Assembly (NCBI GenBank): GCA_965216635.1
Contig: OZ244188.1
Coordinates: 2,330,644 to 2,394,643 of the forward strand
Direction: 5' to 3'
From: a bacterium
GTDB taxonomy: Bacteria; SAR324; XYD2-FULL-50-16; G965216635
Length of the DNA: 64,000 nucleotides
Positions 60,043 through 64,000 of the stretch are shown here, in pieces (position 1 is the stretch's first letter; each line of letters starts with the position of its first letter). The position numbers were made by a program, and so were the translations under genes. The notes under the pieces were generated by a model. That model saw nothing but the letters and a program-made list of their open reading frames with translations, was not told the DNA's origin and did not search any database.

Positions 60043-60152
60043 TACCCTTGCATTAGCGTTGTGTGGCGGCTAGCCCCCAATAGTGGGGTAAGCATAACAC
60101 AAATTCAAAGGTCTATTAAATAAGTAGAATGCTTAATTCAAAAAGGTCTCTA
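60041..60152. repeat. Degenerate palindromic element(s) between convergent lysC and rplC
   Basis: GCTAGCCCCCAATAGTGGGGTAAGCAT module, AAATTCAAAGGTCTA end, second end AATTCAAAAAGGTCTCTA that contains the rplC stop. Confidence 0.7.
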
Positions 60153-61454
60153 TGTTTTTTTTATAGCCCGTCTAACTTCAACCAAACGACCGTTAGGTCC
60201 CGGCACTGCCCCTTTGATGAGTAGTAAATTATCTTCTCTAATAATCTGCACTATTTGTAGATTTTGAACTGTTACCCTTGAAAAACCATAATGACCGGGC
60301 ATTTTCCTGTTCTTAAAGACTCTGGCAGGATAAGCAGAAGCTCCAATAGATCCTGTAGAACGGTGAAGATGACTACCATGGCTTTTAGGACCTCCAGAAA
60401 AATTGTGTCTTTTGATAACCCCCGCAAAGCCCTTACCTTTAGAAATACCAATCACATCCACAAAATTGCCTTTTTGAAAAGCTGCTACATCAAATTTCTG
60501 ACCTATTTCTATTTTTTCTATTTCCGATACTGCTACTTCTCTCAGGTAGCGATAAGATTTTGTTTTAGACATCTGCCCCTGTTTAGGTTTTATAAGTTTT
60601 TTCGCTTTTTTTGGCGGTAATTCTTCAAAACCTACTTTAATTGCTTCGTAGCCGTCCTTTTTTAAAGTCTTTTTTTGGATAACTTCTACAGGACCTAATT
60701 GTAATAAAGTTACGGGTAGACAATCTCCATTTTCTGAAAACACCTGAGTCATGCCAACTTTTTTACCAAGCAGGCTTTGAATAGGCTTCATCTTTTCAAA
60801 AATTTCTTTCGCTAGAGCTTCTTTTTCTGCTTTTATTTGAGCCTCTTTCTCTACCTTTGCTTGAGCTTCTTTTTCTTCCAATTCTGCCTTAGCCTTCAGG
60901 TTTTCTTTTGCTTGAGCCTCTTGCTCCGCTTTTACTTGAGATTCTGTTTTTGCAGGTTCTGCAGTTTTTTCTGTCTTTTCAGCCTCTGCTTTTGCAGGTT
61001 CTGCTGTTTTTTCTGCATTTTCAGCCTCTGCTTTTGCAGGTTCTGCTGTTTTTTCTGCATTTTCAGCCTCTGTTTTTGCAGGTTCTGTCTTCACAGGTTC
61101 TACTGTTATTTCAGCCTCTGCTTTTGCAGGTTCTGTCTTCACAGGTTCTGCTGTTTTTTCTGCATTTTCAGCCTCTGCTTTTACAGGTTCTGCTGTTTTT
61201 TCTGCATTTTCAGCCTCTGCATTTTCAGACTCTGCTTTTACAGGTTCTGCTGTTTTTTCTGCATTTTCAGCCTCTGCATTTTCAGACTCTGCTTTTACAG
61301 GTTCTGCTGTTTTTTCTGCATTTTCAGCCTCTGCATTTTCAGACTCTGCTTTTACAGGTTCTGTTGTTTTTTCTTTTGATTCCAACTTGGCTGTATTATC
61401 CTCTCTATCTTGAGGGGCTACAGGTTTATTTTCTGTTTCTTTTTTTTCTTCCAT
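60150..61454 (-). CDS. rplC: 50S ribosomal protein L3 with a 221-aa acidic repeat N-terminal extension
   Basis: LGKKVGMTQ, DGYEA, SKGKGFAGVIKRH, GSIG, KMPGHYG, TVQNL, KGAVPG; internal ATG at 60791 marks the canonical start. Confidence 0.95.
   Translation of the reverse strand: MEEKKETENKPVAPQDREDNTAKLESKEKTTEPVKAESENAEAENAEKTAEPVKAESENAEAENAEKTAEPVKAESENAEAENAEKTAEPVKAEAENAEKTAEPVKTEPAKAEAEITVEPVKTEPAKTEAENAEKTAEPAKAEAENAEKTAEPAKAEAEKTEKTAEPAKTESQVKAEQEAQAKENLKAKAELEEKEAQAKVEKEAQIKAEKEALAKEIFEKMKPIQSLLGKKVGMTQVFSENGDCLPVTLLQLGPVEVIQKKTLKKDGYEAIKVGFEELPPKKAKKLIKPKQGQMSKTKSYRYLREVAVSEIEKIEIGQKFDVAAFQKGNFVDVIGISKGKGFAGVIKRHNFSGGPKSHGSHLHRSTGSIGASAYPARVFKNRKMPGHYGFSRVTVQNLQIVQIIREDNLLLIKGAVPGPNGRLVEVRRAIKKT
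60942..61370 (-). repeat. Coding tandem repeats (57-bp and 42-bp units) in the rplC extension
   Basis: KT(A/T)EPVKAESENAEAENAE x3 followed by KTAEP(V/A)KAEAENAE variants. Confidence 0.9.
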
Positions 61455-61866
61455 TGTTATTTTATATTATTTGGAGTGTTTTCTCTTATTTCTTTTGTGA
61501 TTTTCATTATATAGGGGTGAAATACTTCTCCTGTCCAATCATTCCAAAAACCACCAAACCTAAAAATAAAATCAACCCTACAGGGACAAAAAATTCTAAA
61601 GTTTCCATAATTATAAGTGATTTTTTGCAATTCTTATCAGATGATACAAGGAAAACAAAAATAAAGCTAGTAATATTGTAAAAACTAAACTTTCATAAAA
61701 TTTACTACCAAACCACTATCTTCAAACATCTTATATGTCCAAACTACAGTTCCTAAAAAAGAAAAAATAATCCTCCAAAAACAATCTTGAGTAATTCTAA
61801 TTTAACCGTAACAGTTTTATTATTCATCTATAATAGAGCTTTGAATTAGACGCCTTGTTAGGAGAG

Positions 61867-62043
61867 CTAACCAACGAATAATTTTGCAAGAATAGTAAGT
61901 TTCAAAATCAATATTCCACCTACCATCCATTTTAAAACAACTACTTTTTTTATTATTCTTTGTAGACTTTTTTGTAATTCTTGAGTGTTGATGCTAATCA
62001 TTCCAATATTGTCTTTCAAATCTGTTGTTATCATTGTAGTCAT
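61867..62043 (-). CDS. Shortened paralog of 62086..62400 (58 aa; absent from the ORF track)
   Basis: Hand translation MTTMITTDLKDNIGMISINTQELQKSLQRIIKKVVVLKWMVGGILILKLTILAKLFVG. Confidence 0.6.
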   Translation of the reverse strand: MTTMITTDLKDNIGMISINTQELQKSLQRIIKKVVVLKWMVGGILILKLTILAKLFVG

Positions 62044-62085
62044 AGTGTTTTTTTAGTGAAAAATTATAAAAATAAAAATTTTTTG

Positions 62086-62400
62086 TTAACCAACGAATAA
62101 TTTTACAAGAATAGTAAAGCACAAAATTAAGATAATACCACCAAAACCACCCACCATCCACCTTAAAATAGCTAATTCTTTCTCTATTCTATAAATATTT
62201 TTCTCTATTCTTTGAATATCTTTTTCTATTTTTAGAGTGCGGGTGTTTATTTCTTCAACTATTTCTTTTAAGTCTGTTTTAATCTGCCGAGATTCAGATT
62301 TAGCTTCACTACTCAAGGCAATAGCCGCCGCTTTTGCTTTTTCTGCTTTGACTCCTACACTGATGAAAGCCTCATAGACTTCCGCTACCATTGTAGTCAT
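62086..62400 (-). CDS. Coiled-coil protein with C-terminal TM anchor (DUF1640/CCDC90-like)
   Basis: EVYEAF..VGV.AEKAKAAA, heptad stretch, ILRWMVG + hydrophobic tail. Confidence 0.65.
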   Translation of the reverse strand: MTTMVAEVYEAFISVGVKAEKAKAAAIALSSEAKSESRQIKTDLKEIVEEINTRTLKIEKDIQRIEKNIYRIEKELAILRWMVGGFGGIILILCFTILVKLFVG

Positions 62401-62907
62401 AGTATTTTTTCTGCAAAGTTTTTGTTCTTCTTGAATATAAAAATATACTGCCTCTTTTAACCCAATAAGTCAATAAAAAAAGAGAAAAAATGCTACAAAA
62501 AACTTAAATTTGGAAAAAATTAAGTCAAAATATTATAAAATTCTTTGAAATTTTTAAAAAAAGAATTTTTTTCTTGCTTTTTTCAAGAAATTAGGGTAGA
62601 TTTTAATAAATTCGGTATATTTTTATAGTTTGTTGTTATTTTAAGAACTAAGACCTTTGAATCTCAAAGATCTAAATATTCTTAATTTTGGCAAGCTATT
62701 TGAATTTACCTTGAGTGTAAGTTTAATAGTTTTATCTTTTTTTTCTTTTAAATTAGAGAAAAAAGGTAAAAATTGGACTTTTTTTTAGTTTTTTCAAAAA
62801 AATGCTTGACAAGTTTTTTTTTTTGGTAAAAACTAAACCTAGTTTTAGGTAATTTTTACTTAAAACTATTTTTTAACTCTTAATTTTAATCAAAAACAAA
62901 AAAAATA

Positions 62908-64000
62908 ATGATTAAGAAAATTTTAAAGTTAACAGTAGCAGTAATGACTCTAGGGTTATTCACTACTTCTGTGTTTGCGGCTGAGTGGGGTGCTTCTGGT
63001 CAAGTCCGTGTGGATTGGGACATAACGAAAACCATTGAAGATGCGGATAAAAGAGATGATGCTGATCTTCCAGGTGGTAAAAGAATTCCTAATGGGATTT
63101 ACATAGATTTAGACGATTCTTGGGTTACTCTTAAACTATCTGGAGATGATGGTGCTTTTGGTTCTATTACCTATTATCCTAGTGGAGCAATCTACTACGA
63201 TGGTGGTGGTTCTGTAGAATCTGGAGAATGGACAGCTACAGCAGTGGTTAACGCCCGAGATATTCAAGGACAAACAGGACAGGTCGGAAGTGCTCGTGCT
63301 GGTAATAGTGACCTTGGAGATAGAGTGGGAAATCACAGCGTTAAAATAGCTCACTCTAGTGGGTTTTCTGTAACAGCAGGTCGTATTACTCCTTTGGATA
63401 CTTGGAGAAAAGGACAAGGTTATACCCTTATGGGAGAAACTGGTGGTGCTCCTCATGTAGCTGATGTAGCTAGTGGAGCGAATACAGACGCACTAGATAA
63501 CCGTTCTTCTGTAGTGGATATTGGTATTCTCAATTCAGATGCCCTGACGCTTGGTGTAGTAATTGAGCAAAGCGATAGTGGAGCAAGTAATCTTGGTAGT
63601 GCCTTTGGTTCTATTGGATATGGAGCATCTAAAAATATCGATACAGATATAACACCTCAGGATCTTGTTACCGCTGCGAGTGAAGCAGGTGCGACTGCTA
63701 GGGATGCTACTACTGTTGCTAGGGCAAATTATAAGGCAGGGTACGAAGCTGCTTTTGGTGATCCTGCTATATTGAAAGGTGCTCCTTCTACAAACATCGG
63801 TTTTAAAGTTGGTGTGGCTGCAGGTCCTCTATCACTTGGTGCTGTTTTGATTTCTGCTGGAGAAGCAGGAGATAAATCTTTAGGTGGAAATCCAAAATAT
63901 AAAGCCTCTGCTAGTGCAATTGGTTTAGGTGTAGGTTTAAACCTAGGTGCTATAACTCCTTACTTGAATCTTTGGATGCCTAGCTCTAAGTCTGAAAACC
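62908..64000 (+). CDS. Exported porin-like outer-membrane protein, 3'-truncated by window edge (absent from the ORF track)
   Basis: Open frame to the window end: MIKKILKLTVAVMTLGLFTTSVFA-AEWGASGQVRVDW...; Gly/aromatic beta-strand pattern (IGFKVGVAAGPLSLGAV, IGLGVGLNLGAITPY). Confidence 0.75.
   Translation, partial: MIKKILKLTVAVMTLGLFTTSVFAAEWGASGQVRVDWDITKTIEDADKRDDADLPGGKRIPNGIYIDLDDSWVTLKLSGDDGAFGSITYYPSGAIYYDGGGSVESGEWTATAVVNARDIQGQTGQVGSARAGNSDLGDRVGNHSVKIAHSSGFSVTAGRITPLDTWRKGQGYTLMGETGGAPHVADVASGANTDALDNRSSVVDIGILNSDALTLGVVIEQSDSGASNLGSAFGSIGYGASKNIDTDITPQDLVTAASEAGATARDATTVARANYKAGYEAAFGDPAILKGAPSTNIGFKVGVAAGPLSLGAVLISAGEAGDKSLGGNPKYKASASAIGLGVGLNLGAITPYLNLWMPSSKSEN

Noticed and set aside
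60837..61681. Cys/Phe-rich and Leu/Gln-rich + strand ORFs
   Set aside because: Antisense shadows of the rplC coding repeats
61509..61827. Degraded pair of small membrane ORFs on the minus strand
   Set aside because: Needs two frameshifts to reconstruct; too speculative to annotate
10927..62675. Palindromic elements as integron attC sites
   Set aside because: No consistent RYYYAAC...GTTRRRY ends, both orientations occur, and no integrase in the window
1..64000. tRNA, rRNA, riboswitch, transposase or integrase genes
   Set aside because: None recognised by eye; no FMN-riboswitch-like sequence seen before ribBA; a covariance-model scan was not possible

Overview
AT-rich bacterial chromosomal window (roughly one-third GC by eye; lineage not determinable from the sequence alone). 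In order: (1) a TolC/AcrB efflux pair split by a DNA methyltransferase-GIY-YIG fusion; (2) a complete N-methylglutamate (methylamine) pathway cluster (GS-like gmaS, mgsABC, mgdB-C-D-A, plus a second SoxB-like flavoprotein and Gfa), interleaved with unrelated cassettes (membrane protein+IrrE, aldB+DUF779, Panacea+membrane protein, an orphan membrane-anchored protein); (3) a toxin-antitoxin patch with one intact and two broken hicB/hicA copies next to a palindromic tandem array; (4) an outer-membrane barrel, dppABCDF, ribBA, a serine hydrolase, a second membrane protein+IrrE cassette inside a ~250-bp direct repeat, lnt, tctCBA and fcl; (5) a defence island with type III mod/res, a DUF4917-like gene, XRE-IrrE with a truncated PIN partner, and a ThsB-like TIR coupled to a small membrane effector; (6) hppA, pyrG, a sulfotransferase, a CcsA-like gene, a fungal-Hom3-like aspartokinase, a stand-alone rplC with a 221-aa repeat extension, and a truncated porin-like gene. 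About 20 intergenic copies or remnants of a modular palindromic element family (ends usually TAGACYTTTGAATTT...AAATTCAAARGTCTA) occur across the window. Best candidates for undescribed systems: the TIR+membrane-effector pair, the twice-present membrane protein+IrrE protease pair, and the modular palindromic element family with its CRISPR-like array. All family calls come from motif reading and recall; no searches were run.
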